DNA from: Methanomassiliicoccales archaeon
GTDB taxonomy: Archaea > Thermoplasmatota > Thermoplasmata > Methanomassiliicoccales > JACIVX01
DNA: 64,000 bases
Reading direction: 5' to 3'
Assembly (NCBI GenBank): GCA_050010535.1
Contig: JBEKKT010000019.1
Location: 4,133 to 68,132, forward strand
Of the stretch, positions 11,235 to 20,578 are shown piece after piece. Every line of letters starts with the position of its first letter. Within the stretch, counting starts at the first letter, position 1. The position numbers and the translations under genes are program-made. The notes under the pieces are model-generated. The model made no database searches, had not been told where the DNA came from, and was given only the letters and a program-made list of their open reading frames with translations.

Positions 11235-11594
11235 ATGACAAAGACGCTGACAATCCACATAAGGTCCGGCACGATGATGAACATGGACACGAATGTCATG
11301 GTGAAACTGACCCGGGCCGCGATCGACAAGGGATACAAGGTGAATGTTTTCGGGTACGGCGAGGGCGTAACGGCAATCAAGGAAGGACAGGAACCGAAGC
11401 GATTCCCCAACGTTGGCAAGGAACTGGATGAGTTAACGAAGAAGGGCGTAGTTGTCGTCGTATGCGAAACATGTTGCGCGGCAAGGGGCGTGCGCAGAGG
11501 AGAGGAGATCAAGACGACGAAGATCGGCAGCCTGACAAACGATCTATCCAGGTTCGTAGCGGAGAGCGACCGCATGGTCACTCTCGCGAGGTGA
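11235..11594 (+). CDS. DsrE/TusD-like sulfur-relay subunit
   Basis: 119 aa, with VVVVVCETCCAARG containing the conserved relay cysteine context. The ATG at 11235 is preceded by an in-frame TTG at 11232. Confidence 0.75.
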   Translation: MTKTLTIHIRSGTMMNMDTNVMVKLTRAAIDKGYKVNVFGYGEGVTAIKEGQEPKRFPNVGKELDELTKKGVVVVVCETCCAARGVRRGEEIKTTKIGSLTNDLSRFVAESDRMVTLAR

Positions 11595-11959
11595 TTGAGT
11601 TGGCACAGAACATCGCTGTTCTCGTCACTAAGCCTCCTTACGGGACGGAAGACGCGTTCGCTGGTTTCCGCTTGGCTCTAGCCATGCTCGCGAGCGGATG
11701 CGTGGAGAAAGCCTCCGTTCTCTTGATAGGGGATGGAACGCTGAATTCTATCGGATCCCAGAAGGCAGACGCAATATCCATGCCTTCGAACATCGAGGCC
11801 GTCCAAGACTTACTGGATTTCGGGGCTGACGTTTACTGCGTCTCAGAAGACCTCAGAACCAGAGTCGGTAGAATTGCCACTCTCGAAGGCGTGAAGATGA
11901 TTTCCTGGGATGAGTTCCGAGCGATCCTTAGGGAGCACCAACTCGTCACGACGTTCTGA
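11591..11959 (+). CDS. DsrF/TusC-like sulfur-relay subunit
   Basis: NIAVLVTKPPYGTEDAFAGFRLALAM...VYCVSEDLRTRV pattern. The GTG at 11591 overlaps the TGA of the preceding gene (11592-11594). A TTG at 11600 is an alternative start. Confidence 0.7.
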   Translation: MIELAQNIAVLVTKPPYGTEDAFAGFRLALAMLASGCVEKASVLLIGDGTLNSIGSQKADAISMPSNIEAVQDLLDFGADVYCVSEDLRTRVGRIATLEGVKMISWDEFRAILREHQLVTTF

Positions 11960-12018
11960 ACCCCCATCGATACCGATTTTCCCTTTTGCAAACTATTTAT
12001 CCTTTCGACCTCGATTAG

Positions 12019-13791
12019 ATGGTCATGATCGAGACACTCCACAGGGCGGGAGGCGGCAGGATGGCCCGCTGGTCTGAGGATGGTTTCGAGGTCCTCACCC
12101 CAAACATACTCTACCTGGACTCCGAGACTTTTCCCGCACCTGAGTACGCGGATTTCATTGTCGAAAGGGACGAGGAATCAGGGTCGCTTAATCTAAGACC
12201 GAAGTCATCCGCGAACTCGCTGATTACTATACCGAACGATCTGAAGGTCCCGATCTCGTTTCTCAAGCGCGAGAAGATGTCGCTCATATCATCCGGCGAG
12301 CGGACGGTGATCGTGAGAGGAGATACCGAAAGCATTCCTTCGCAGGTGTCGGATGCCGGGTCTCTTGTCTTCGTGCTCGGTAACGCATTCGAACTGAGAA
12401 GGGACGCAAGGGGATTCGTTCGCAGTTTGGTCGCTCTCCGAAAGGCTGTCGGATACGGAAGACTGGTGTACGCCCCCGGTATCATGGATGTAAGCAACCT
12501 CGCCCTCCTGTGCTATCTCGGCGTCGATTTAGTCGATTCTTCCCTGCTGACCTATCAAGGCGCCCGCGGCCGTCTGCTCACGCCGGAAGGTGCACTGAAT
12601 GCCAGCGATGCGGATTGGCTTGTTCCCTCCGAAGCTCCGGATGAGGTCATCAGACGCAATCTGAATTCTGCCTGTCAGGAGATGAGTTTCGTGAGGCACA
12701 TGCTGAAGCTTGGCCGGTTGAGAGAGTTGGTCGAGATTCGGGTCAGTTCAAGCCCGTGGTCCGTGGCCGCTCTTAGAATCTTCGACCTCGAGTTCTACAG
12801 CCTCCAAGAGATGTATGCGCCAGTCGTCGGGCCCAAATTCTGTTGCAATTCGAAGGAGTCACTCTATCGACCCGACGTCTGGAGGTTTCGCCGTCGAATT
12901 CTGGAGCGGTACACGCCTCCGGCTCACAAGAAGGTCCTGCTTCTAATTCCGTGCTCTGCCAAGAAGCCCTATTCTACATCGAAAAGCCACAGGCTATTAA
13001 GTCAGACCATCAAGGCCGTGAGGAACAACGCCATTGTACATGAGGTCGTGGTCACTTCTCCCCTCGGGATCGTGCCCAGGGAACTTGAGCTGGTTTATCC
13101 AGCGGCACAATACGATATCCCGGTGACCGGTCATTGGGACCGGGATGAAGTGGCGATAGTTCAGGAGATGGTTTCAAAGATCGCCGCCTTCGGCTACGAC
13201 AAGGTCATCTGCCATTTGTCGATTGAAGAGGCATTTGTCAAAGATTTGGTGGAATGTATTGACACGACTTCTGGTCGTCCTACTTCGAACGACTCACTCG
13301 AGAGATTGAGAGACGAGCTTGAGGAAGTATGCTCCAGCCATCAAACGGTGGGAATGGGAAAGGACAGGATTGGTTGCATGGGGTCTCTGGCTCGGTTCCA
13401 GTTCGGTGAGGGCGGGGAGTGTCTCATCGATGAGTCCTCGGTCGTGGGGAACTATCCGTATCTAAGGATTCTGGAGGGGAATGATCAAGTCGCGATGCTG
13501 ACCCCAGAGAGAGGTATGCTCTCGTTGACGATGCGGGGGGGAGAGAAGCTGCTTCCAAGGCGCATCAATTGGGTCGAGATGCAGGAGTTCGATCTTGAAG
13601 GGAACCTGTTCGCCGTTGGAGTAAAAGATGCAGATCGCAGGATAAGGAGCGGGGACGATGTTCTCGTCGTCAAGAACGGGGAGCTGGAAGCGGTCGGAGT
13701 GGCGTCGATGTGCGGCGAGGAGATGATCGAGGCTGAAAGAGGCGAGGCGGTCAGGATCAGGCACAAAAGGAAGACCTCGCGTATCGGCTAG
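12019..13791 (+). CDS. arcS: Archaeosine synthase (ArcS; TGT-like N-domain, DUF5591-type domain, C-terminal PUA)
   Basis: 590 aa. PCSAKKPYSTSKSH motif and a C-terminal PUA-like segment GDDVLVVKNGELEAVGVASM. Size and architecture fit ArcS. Confidence 0.75.
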   Translation: MVMIETLHRAGGGRMARWSEDGFEVLTPNILYLDSETFPAPEYADFIVERDEESGSLNLRPKSSANSLITIPNDLKVPISFLKREKMSLISSGERTVIVRGDTESIPSQVSDAGSLVFVLGNAFELRRDARGFVRSLVALRKAVGYGRLVYAPGIMDVSNLALLCYLGVDLVDSSLLTYQGARGRLLTPEGALNASDADWLVPSEAPDEVIRRNLNSACQEMSFVRHMLKLGRLRELVEIRVSSSPWSVAALRIFDLEFYSLQEMYAPVVGPKFCCNSKESLYRPDVWRFRRRILERYTPPAHKKVLLLIPCSAKKPYSTSKSHRLLSQTIKAVRNNAIVHEVVVTSPLGIVPRELELVYPAAQYDIPVTGHWDRDEVAIVQEMVSKIAAFGYDKVICHLSIEEAFVKDLVECIDTTSGRPTSNDSLERLRDELEEVCSSHQTVGMGKDRIGCMGSLARFQFGEGGECLIDESSVVGNYPYLRILEGNDQVAMLTPERGMLSLTMRGGEKLLPRRINWVEMQEFDLEGNLFAVGVKDADRRIRSGDDVLVVKNGELEAVGVASMCGEEMIEAERGEAVRIRHKRKTSRIG

Positions 13792-13996
13792 TCCGTCCGT
13801 GGAGTCCGCATGGCTCGGCATGTGGGATGATTCATCATGGGTACTTTCGGTCACCTCTCTCCGGTTCGAATATAAGAGAAGTGCAGGTATTGTGTTCTCG
13901 GTGAACAGGTAATGCAAGAGGACTTCGATCACTTCGGATGGGAAGGACTGTACCGCCTTTATGGAGTGTTCGAGGAGAGCAGTGACGAACTATCAT

Positions 13997-14049
13997 CCCC
14001 GGGTGAGACGGGGAAAGGCCCCATCCCTCTCACCCCATTCTTTTGACTA
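13997..14049 (+). terminator. GC-rich nested hairpin followed by a T-rich tract. Possible terminator or small structured RNA.
   Basis: GGGTGAGA (14001-14008) pairs with TCTCACCC (14028-14035). An inner GGGG/CCCC stem lies at 14010-14022. It is followed by CATTCTTTTG. Confidence 0.3.
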
Positions 14050-14119
14050 GTCGAGACTCTCTCAGTCTCAAGACTGGACTCTTGTCATTTCACCAATTCT
14101 CATTCTTCTTTGGCCTGAG

Positions 14120-14216
14120 TGCAGGTGCCGGGATTCGAACCCGGGCCGTTGGCTGTCCTCGCCCAAATGACGGGTCATGGAAGGCCAAAATCCTAACCAG
14201 ACTAGATTACACCTGC
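14120..14216 (-). tRNA. Intron-containing tRNA, probably tRNA-Gly(UCC). 74-nt mature sequence plus a 23-nt intron at the canonical 37/38 position; CCA is not encoded.
   Basis: Manual cloverleaf on the minus strand: acceptor GCAGGTG/CACCTGC, D-arm ATCT/GGAT, anticodon stem TTGGC/GCCAA, loop CTTCCAA after removing TGACCCGTCATTTGGGCGAGGAC, T-arm CCGGG-TTCGAAT-CCCGG, discriminator A. Confidence 0.75.
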
Positions 14217-14241
14217 TTGGTTCCACCTTATCTCTGTTCGG

Positions 14242-14249
14242 TTTTAAAT
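14242..14249 (-). promoter_or_regulatory. Putative TATA box (ATTTAAAA on the minus strand) for the tRNA gene
   Basis: Lies 26-33 nt upstream of the tRNA 5' end at 14216. Confidence 0.45.
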
Positions 14250-14383
14250 CTTTAGCGGTATCATCGCGGCTGGCTAGAATCGTCTGCATCTGTGCGAGTT
14301 CAATATTGGATCCTTGAAGGAACGATGTGGGAAAAAGAAACGAATAAAGGGGGTGCTCGTCTCAGCATCCCCCTTGAGGAGAA

Positions 14384-14698
14384 TCAGAGCAGTGCGAGCA
14401 TGTCTTCTGCGGCGAGCGCGTCGTTTCTTTCCAGGTCCAATGTGGAGATCTCTTGAACCATGTCTGTCAGGTCGCCGATAAGGATCCAGAGTTCCGTCGT
14501 GTCCTTGCCATCGTTTTCCATTTCATAGGCGAGCGACCTAAGATCTGCGATTGTGTGATTTTTCATCCACTCGATGGCATCAGAGCCGGTCTCTGCTTCC
14601 TGCCCCTCCTCAAATTCTCCTATCACTTTTGCACCCCATCCAAAGATGTTTAGTCCCTGTCCGACTTTAGTCGGACGAGGCGAACTTATGTCGATCAT
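14384..14698 (-). CDS. Hypothetical acidic protein (104 aa)
   Basis: Clean ORF, strongly acidic (many D/E). No family recognised. Confidence 0.45.
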   Translation of the reverse strand: MIDISSPRPTKVGQGLNIFGWGAKVIGEFEEGQEAETGSDAIEWMKNHTIADLRSLAYEMENDGKDTTELWILIGDLTDMVQEISTLDLERNDALAAEDMLALL

Positions 14699-14862
14699 CG
14701 TATAAATATGTTTCTGACTATTGTAGCCAGATATTATGTGTGCTGTGGGTAGACGTCGTGAAATCTAGTCAACGATCGTGTCCGACACAAAGAAAGTAGA
14801 ATCCCTCGCCCTAATGCACTAACGAATCTGGCCAAAAGTCTTTTGAAGTGTGGAGGCAATTA

Positions 14863-17800
14863 ATGCATCACTCAGGTGATGGGATGGGATATTTTGACTC
14901 GCTGTTTGACAGCGATCTTAAGGCGCTGAAAAGAGCCCGCAAGCTTATTGATGATGCTGGCGGCCGAATGAAAGAGAAAGACGGCTCCGGGGTGGTGTCA
15001 GACCTGGGCAAGGCCAGAGACATATTATACGAGAATGCCCCGAAGACCAGGAAACGTGTCAACGAATACTCTGATACCCTAGTAACTCTCAGCGATTCAT
15101 ATGTGAGCTGCAACATGCCCGAGGAGGCGAACAGGGCGGCAGACAAGGCACTTTCGATGACGCCGAACTCTGTCAATGCCTTCATAGGGAAGGCTCACGC
15201 ACTTGCAACAATACGCTCTTACAGTGAATCGGTGATCATCCTCGACAAAGCCATCTCTCTGAATCCGGACAACAAGATCCTATTGAGCGAGAAGGGCAGG
15301 ACTCTCGATCTCTCCGGCGACACGCCAGGAGCCGTAGAATGCTACAAGAAGGTCGTGGAAATCGATCCATCCGATCTCTATTACTATGATGTCCTCGCGG
15401 AGAAAACGCCGGAAAGACCGATCTGGCTGCGGAAGAAAGGGGAGACTCTCGCGGGCCAGGGAAAGCTGGATGATGCCCTCAAGGCATTCGACTCCGGGCT
15501 TGTTAACGATCCTGGAAACGTGGACATCTTGCTAGGCAAGGGTGGTGTGCTCATACTTCTCCAGCGACACGATGAGGCAACCGCGATCTTCGATGAGATC
15601 CTCACCCGCGATCCCAGGAATTTCACTGCACACCTCAACAAAGCCAGAGCTCTGAGGGAGAGGGGCGAGTCTGAGGAGGCTTTGAAACATTACAAGGAAG
15701 CACTAAGAAGCGACCCGTCGCACAAACACACCTGGACCGAGGTCGCATCACTATTGGAACACATGGAGCGTTTGGATGAGAGTCTGAAGGCGTACGAAAG
15801 GGCGCTGGAACTCGACAACATGTACGCGCCCGCTCTCGAAGGCAAGTGCGGATTGTTGAAGAGGATGGGCAAGAATCAAGAGCTCGTGGATTTCTGCTCG
15901 AAGCTGCTCGAGGTCAAGAAAGACGATGTGCCGACGATAGTGATGAAGGTCGACGCGCTCGTCAAGTTGGAGAGGAATGAGGAAGCGCTTGCGACTGTGG
16001 ACTCTGCCTTGCTGGACAATCCTAGGGATCCTGACCTGCTCGATAGGAAAAGGGCGGTATTGGGAGCCTTGAACCGGTACGAGGATCAGATCGAGGTTTG
16101 CGCAGAGCTTCTTTCCCTCCACCCTCAGCATTTCGAATCCCTCCGCGACCAGGGAGTGGCATTCTTCAAGACCGGGAAGTACCACGAGGCGCTGAAGTCA
16201 CTGGAGAAGGCAACGAAACTAAAGCCGGACAACGAAGAGACCCTCCTTGCAATCAAGGAGTGCCAGAAGCGACTAGGAAAGGACAAGGATGTGATAGACG
16301 CCTGCGATCGTGTCCTGAAGATCAACCCGAAGAACAAGAGCGCCTTGTTCGACAAGGCGGTCGCCTTGGACAGACTCGATAAGGACCTCGAGGCCGTGGA
16401 GACGTACGGAAAGGTGCTTGAGCTGGATCCAAGCGATGAGGAGACGCTCAAGAACCTCTCCATCGTGCTGTTCTCGATGAGGAGGTACGAGGACGCCCTA
16501 GAAAGGGCCGCGACCGGATCAGCATTGTATCCTGCAGATCCAGCATTCTGGAGAGTCAAGGGTGACTGCCTGTTCGCATTGAACAGGTATGACGATGCGG
16601 TGGAGGCGTTCACGAAAGCGGTCGATCTCGACCCGTATGACAAGAGAGTCTGGTATTCGAAAGGCCTCGCGCTCGAAAGCGCGAAGAGATTCGAGGAGGC
16701 GGTGGCGTGCTATGACCAAGCTATCCAACTCGACCCGAACGACATGAATCTCTGGATCAGCAGGGGCGTGACTCTCGAATGGCTCGAAAGAAACCCCGAC
16801 GCTCTCATGAGCTATGATCAAGCTCTTGCATTGGACAACACGAACAGGTTCGTCCACGTCAGGAGGGGCCAGGTACTTGCGAAGATGGGGAGGCACGAGG
16901 AGGCGGTCGTTTCATTTGAAAAGGCCCTCGAGATCAGCCCGAAGGACGTCGAAGTGCTCGAGGCCAAGAAGCAGTCCTTGAAGATCCTTGGCAAATTCGA
17001 GGAAATGGTGAAGGTCTGCGACCAGATCATCAAGGTGGATCCCCGTAACAAGAGCGCATGGATCGATCGAGGGACCGCCTGTCAGAGGTCGAACCAGATC
17101 GATGAGGCGATACGATCCTTCGACAGAGCTTTGGAACTCGATCCTCATGACATCGTCGTCCTCGAGCACAAGAAGGACGCCGTCGTCGCAAAAGGCGTTC
17201 CGTCGGAGATCTTAGAGATATGCGATGCAGTCTTGAAGATCGACCTTAAGAACAAGATGGCGCATGTCGACAGGGGGTCGGCGCTGGAAAGGCTCGGACA
17301 TCTGGACGAAGCTGTGGCGAGCTACAACACTGCAATTCAGATCGACGGGATGGATAAATCGATCTTCAACTTGAAAGGTCTCGCATTGGTTGGTCTCGGC
17401 AAGTACGGCGAGGCGGTAGAGAGCTTTGATTACGCCTGGAGATTGGACCCGAACGATCCGTACGTTCTGAATAACAAGGGACGGGCTCTGCTGCTGATGC
17501 GGAACTACGTCGAGGCGCTGAAAGCACTTGAGAAGTGCGTGAGCATGTCTCCGCAGACGGCGAGATTCAACACCGACAAGGGCAGGGCCCTTGCCTCACT
17601 GGATCGGCTGGAGGAAGCGGTCGAGTCGTTCGACAGGGCAATTGGTCTCGACAAGAACGAAACGCAGGCTTGGAAGTTCAAGGGAAACGTGCTATTCAAA
17701 GTCGGCCAGTATGAGAATGCAGTCAACTGTTACAACCGTGCCATCGAGCTGGGTCTGGAGGACCCAATCCTATACAAGTCGAAAGGGAGAGCGCTCGAGG

Positions 17801-19194
17801 AGCTTGGGAGGCTTCGCGAGGCGCTGGAGAGCTATGACAGAGCCGTCGGGCTGGACATGACCGACGCAGCTGTCTGGAACCGACTCGGCATGGTGCAGGT
17901 GAAGCTGGGGGATATGGAGAAGGCTGCTGATAGTTTCAACAAGTCAGTCGATCTGGATCCGAAGAACAAGGCTGCTTGGTTGGGCAGGGCCGAGGTGATG
18001 GAGAAGATCGGGAACGACGAGGAGGCGATCAGGAGCTACGACGCCGCGCTGGGCATGGATCCCAAGGACAAGATCGCGTGGTGCGGAAAAGGAATAGTGC
18101 TGATCCGTCTTGGGAAGTACGATCTGGCTAAGAGAGCGTTCGAGAAGGCTCTGGAAATCGACAGGAGTATGGAGTCCGCGCAGGAAGGCATGCGGATCGT
18201 CGGTAGCAGACTCCGAGAGAGGGAGATCGATGCCTACGCCCAGAAGCTCGTCGAGTACGAGTATCGCTCTGGCAAGAGACTGTCGAGGGAGGATGCGTTC
18301 AGGGAGTGCGGTATCCCGTTCTCTCATCTGGACGACGTCCTCAAGTTGCTGGACGAGAAGGAGGTGGTGAACGTCATTTCCCTGAGCCAGGCGGAGTTCA
18401 AGGTGTACGAAGGGCTCTCGAGGGACGTGCTTCTCGCGAGCTACCGGACCCCTAGCGTCGGTCGGTACGGTCTGCGTCTGCCCGACGTTCTAATGAATCT
18501 GCCTGAAAGGGACATTCGCAAGGCGAAGAAGGTTCTGGCCTATATCGAAAAAGTGAATGACATGGACTTCTCTACGGTCGCCCCCGATCAGGAAACGGAG
18601 CAGTTGCTGAGGTCCGCGATGACTATGCCCGAGGAGAAACGGTCCGCGATTGGCCTCATGGAGAACCTTGGGGTCGGGATATTCAATGCTAGGAAACTCA
18701 TGGCGATCTTGCAGACATTCAGGGGAGAGGGATACAAGGCCTCCTCGGTCAAGGTTAAGGACATCCCTTGGCGGGCAGAGCAAGTGGATATGGAGAAGGA
18801 TGAGAAGAAGAAGCGCGTTGTAGAGCTCAAATCGGTGCTAGGGACCCCTGGACAGAGGTCCGAGAGGGATGAGGTCGATCTATATAGCCGATTCTACAAG
18901 GAGGAAGCTAAGGGGGTGGAGGCCCCGGCGAACGTCGAGGAGATCAAAGGTCGCCGCTGCCTGTTCCACGGCGGTCAGGCGGTCATGAAGTGCTCGACAT
19001 GCGGTTCGCTTCTGTGCAAAGAGTGCATCTCCGAGTCAGACTTCTGCCCGAGATGTGGAGCCCCGATCAAGAAGAAGACTGTCAGAGGCTCCGAAGATTC
19101 GAAGAAGGACAGGGCCAAGGGACCTGCAGAGTCTGGCAGGCAGGCGGAGCCCTCCGAGGAGGACAGGGAGAGCAGAGACTGGACGCGCCTGTGA
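14863..19194 (+). CDS. Giant TPR-repeat protein (~1440 aa; roughly 30 TPR units by length, since the tract spans about 1100 aa) with a C-terminal helical region and an eight-ligand Cys/His zinc module
   Basis: Continuous 34-aa TPR periodicity (..A..A..AL.L.P.N..A...KG.AL...). The C-terminus has CLFHGGQAVMKCSTCGSLLCKECISESDFCPRCG (~18955-19070), followed by a charged tail. The ATG at 14863 has a GGAGG 6 nt upstream; the track ORF starts at the GTG at 14848 and another ATG lies at 14884. Confidence 0.85.
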   Translation: MHHSGDGMGYFDSLFDSDLKALKRARKLIDDAGGRMKEKDGSGVVSDLGKARDILYENAPKTRKRVNEYSDTLVTLSDSYVSCNMPEEANRAADKALSMTPNSVNAFIGKAHALATIRSYSESVIILDKAISLNPDNKILLSEKGRTLDLSGDTPGAVECYKKVVEIDPSDLYYYDVLAEKTPERPIWLRKKGETLAGQGKLDDALKAFDSGLVNDPGNVDILLGKGGVLILLQRHDEATAIFDEILTRDPRNFTAHLNKARALRERGESEEALKHYKEALRSDPSHKHTWTEVASLLEHMERLDESLKAYERALELDNMYAPALEGKCGLLKRMGKNQELVDFCSKLLEVKKDDVPTIVMKVDALVKLERNEEALATVDSALLDNPRDPDLLDRKRAVLGALNRYEDQIEVCAELLSLHPQHFESLRDQGVAFFKTGKYHEALKSLEKATKLKPDNEETLLAIKECQKRLGKDKDVIDACDRVLKINPKNKSALFDKAVALDRLDKDLEAVETYGKVLELDPSDEETLKNLSIVLFSMRRYEDALERAATGSALYPADPAFWRVKGDCLFALNRYDDAVEAFTKAVDLDPYDKRVWYSKGLALESAKRFEEAVACYDQAIQLDPNDMNLWISRGVTLEWLERNPDALMSYDQALALDNTNRFVHVRRGQVLAKMGRHEEAVVSFEKALEISPKDVEVLEAKKQSLKILGKFEEMVKVCDQIIKVDPRNKSAWIDRGTACQRSNQIDEAIRSFDRALELDPHDIVVLEHKKDAVVAKGVPSEILEICDAVLKIDLKNKMAHVDRGSALERLGHLDEAVASYNTAIQIDGMDKSIFNLKGLALVGLGKYGEAVESFDYAWRLDPNDPYVLNNKGRALLLMRNYVEALKALEKCVSMSPQTARFNTDKGRALASLDRLEEAVESFDRAIGLDKNETQAWKFKGNVLFKVGQYENAVNCYNRAIELGLEDPILYKSKGRALEELGRLREALESYDRAVGLDMTDAAVWNRLGMVQVKLGDMEKAADSFNKSVDLDPKNKAAWLGRAEVMEKIGNDEEAIRSYDAALGMDPKDKIAWCGKGIVLIRLGKYDLAKRAFEKALEIDRSMESAQEGMRIVGSRLREREIDAYAQKLVEYEYRSGKRLSREDAFRECGIPFSHLDDVLKLLDEKEVVNVISLSQAEFKVYEGLSRDVLLASYRTPSVGRYGLRLPDVLMNLPERDIRKAKKVLAYIEKVNDMDFSTVAPDQETEQLLRSAMTMPEEKRSAIGLMENLGVGIFNARKLMAILQTFRGEGYKASSVKVKDIPWRAEQVDMEKDEKKKRVVELKSVLGTPGQRSERDEVDLYSRFYKEEAKGVEAPANVEEIKGRRCLFHGGQAVMKCSTCGSLLCKECISESDFCPRCGAPIKKKTVRGSEDSKKDRAKGPAESGRQAEPSEEDRESRDWTRL

Positions 19195-19247
19195 AGCGAA
19201 CCTAAGAAAGTGAGAGCGAAATGCGCCCGTATTCCATTTCTTCCCAC

Positions 19248-19253
19248 TTTTTT
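19248..19253 (+). terminator. Oligo-T tract (T6), candidate archaeal termination signal after the TPR gene
   Basis: CACTTTTTTG lies 54 nt downstream of the stop at 19194. Confidence 0.3.
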
Positions 19254-19267
19254 GTCCCCCGCGCTCG

Positions 19268-20572
19268 TCAGTAGTCCATCACGTCGGCCTTCATGAACTC
19301 CCGGAGCAGCGAGGTCGCGTAGCAACCTTTGTCCAAAGAAAACGATAGCACCAGACTGTCGTCCTCGGTTCTGATCGTCAGATCCTTGAATCGGCCTAGG
19401 AGCTCCCTCCTGCTGCCCTTCGAGCTGCATTCCGAGATCTCGGGAATGATGAAATCCTCGCGGCTGATGTCCTCGGCATCGACGATCTCTTTCTCAATCG
19501 CGCCCGCCTCTCCGTCTGCGAACTCGCTCTCCGAGCCGAAAAGGAGGCCGCTCACGAAAGCCTTCCGTTCCGCCATCTGCCTCTCAACGAGGTCGATGTT
19601 CTCCTCCTTGACTCTAATGTGGACATCGTGGTCCGGGACTCCATTCCGATCGGCAGGTAGAATGACGTCCCCTATGAGGGACCGGTTCAACGGGAGGCCT
19701 TTCCTAATCCTCTGGCTCAGCATCTTGTTGAAGAGATGCGACTGATAGGCATGCACAAACATCATCTGAAGGTTCGGCGGCAATGACCCGATCGCCCCGG
19801 CATAGTCCCCCTCGTTCTCGGCCAAGTGTGCGATCACCATTCGCTCGAACGAGAGCTTCTTCGGGTAGGTTGCCATCGCGGATTTGAAATCCATCGATCG
19901 CCCGAGCTCCCTTCGGACCCTCTGTGTCTCTTCATCTTCATTCTCACTCGGGTTCGCGACGTAGACCATCACGGCTCTCTCGAAGTCGCCCTTCACGATG
20001 TGCTTGCCGACAAGGTGGGTCACGGGCCTGAGAGCCCCGAAGCGCTGCACTCCGAAGAAGTTCGGAAAGCCGTCCAGTTTTCTGAGTATGTTCGCGGTCG
20101 CTTGCGCCGTCGTTTCGAGTTCCTCGCCTTTGATGGCGCAGTCTCTTATTCTCAAGGTGAAGGAATTCCCGACAAGGTCGCCGATAGTGATGTGCTTCCT
20201 CGCTCGATATGCATCCGATACCGTGACCTGATGCATCCTCAGCGATCTCACTTCCTCGATCGGAGCCTCGAATGACATGAGTTGCTTCGTGACTGCTCTT
20301 TTGTCCTTCGTTCCGGCGAAGCCGATCCTGCTTCTGCTGATCATTAGGGACCTAGAGAGCATCCGAACAAGCCTGTTCATCTCCCAATTCGTGGAAGTGA
20401 CGTTCGCGATAGTGTACTTCCCATCCTCTGACCGGTTAGGGTACTTCGATATCTCCTCGACCACGAAATCTTCGGGCACCTTCCTGAGCCTTCCACCAGT
20501 GCCCGAGGTCGTCGTGTAGAAAACCTCAAGGCCGATCTCGGCCTCCCGGGACTTGCTAACCTGATAATCCAT
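19268..20572 (-). CDS. truD: tRNA pseudouridine synthase D (TruD/Pus7 family)
   Basis: GGRLRKVPEDFVVEEI N-terminal motif and GTKDKRAVT (catalytic Asp motif). 434 aa. Confidence 0.9.
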   Translation of the reverse strand: MDYQVSKSREAEIGLEVFYTTTSGTGGRLRKVPEDFVVEEISKYPNRSEDGKYTIANVTSTNWEMNRLVRMLSRSLMISRSRIGFAGTKDKRAVTKQLMSFEAPIEEVRSLRMHQVTVSDAYRARKHITIGDLVGNSFTLRIRDCAIKGEELETTAQATANILRKLDGFPNFFGVQRFGALRPVTHLVGKHIVKGDFERAVMVYVANPSENEDEETQRVRRELGRSMDFKSAMATYPKKLSFERMVIAHLAENEGDYAGAIGSLPPNLQMMFVHAYQSHLFNKMLSQRIRKGLPLNRSLIGDVILPADRNGVPDHDVHIRVKEENIDLVERQMAERKAFVSGLLFGSESEFADGEAGAIEKEIVDAEDISREDFIIPEISECSSKGSRRELLGRFKDLTIRTEDDSLVLSFSLDKGCYATSLLREFMKADVMDY

Positions 20573-20578
20573 GGACTT

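Noticed and set aside
13462-13932. 156-aa minus-strand ORF overlapping the arcS 3' end
   Set aside because: It is antisense to the well-supported PUA domain of arcS, has a biased composition and shows no recognisable motifs.
14120-14216. Alternative reading of the tRNA as tRNA-Trp(CCA), a commonly intron-bearing archaeal tRNA
   Set aside because: Shifting the anticodon by one nucleotide would require a 3' anticodon-stem strand GGCCA, which is absent. Only TTGGC/GCCAA gives a 5-bp stem, which places UCC at positions 34-36.
14120-14700. tRNA-adjacent genomic island
   Set aside because: No integrase, no direct repeat of the tRNA 3' end and no obvious compositional shift by eye. The adjacent genes are a small acidic ORF and the TPR protein.
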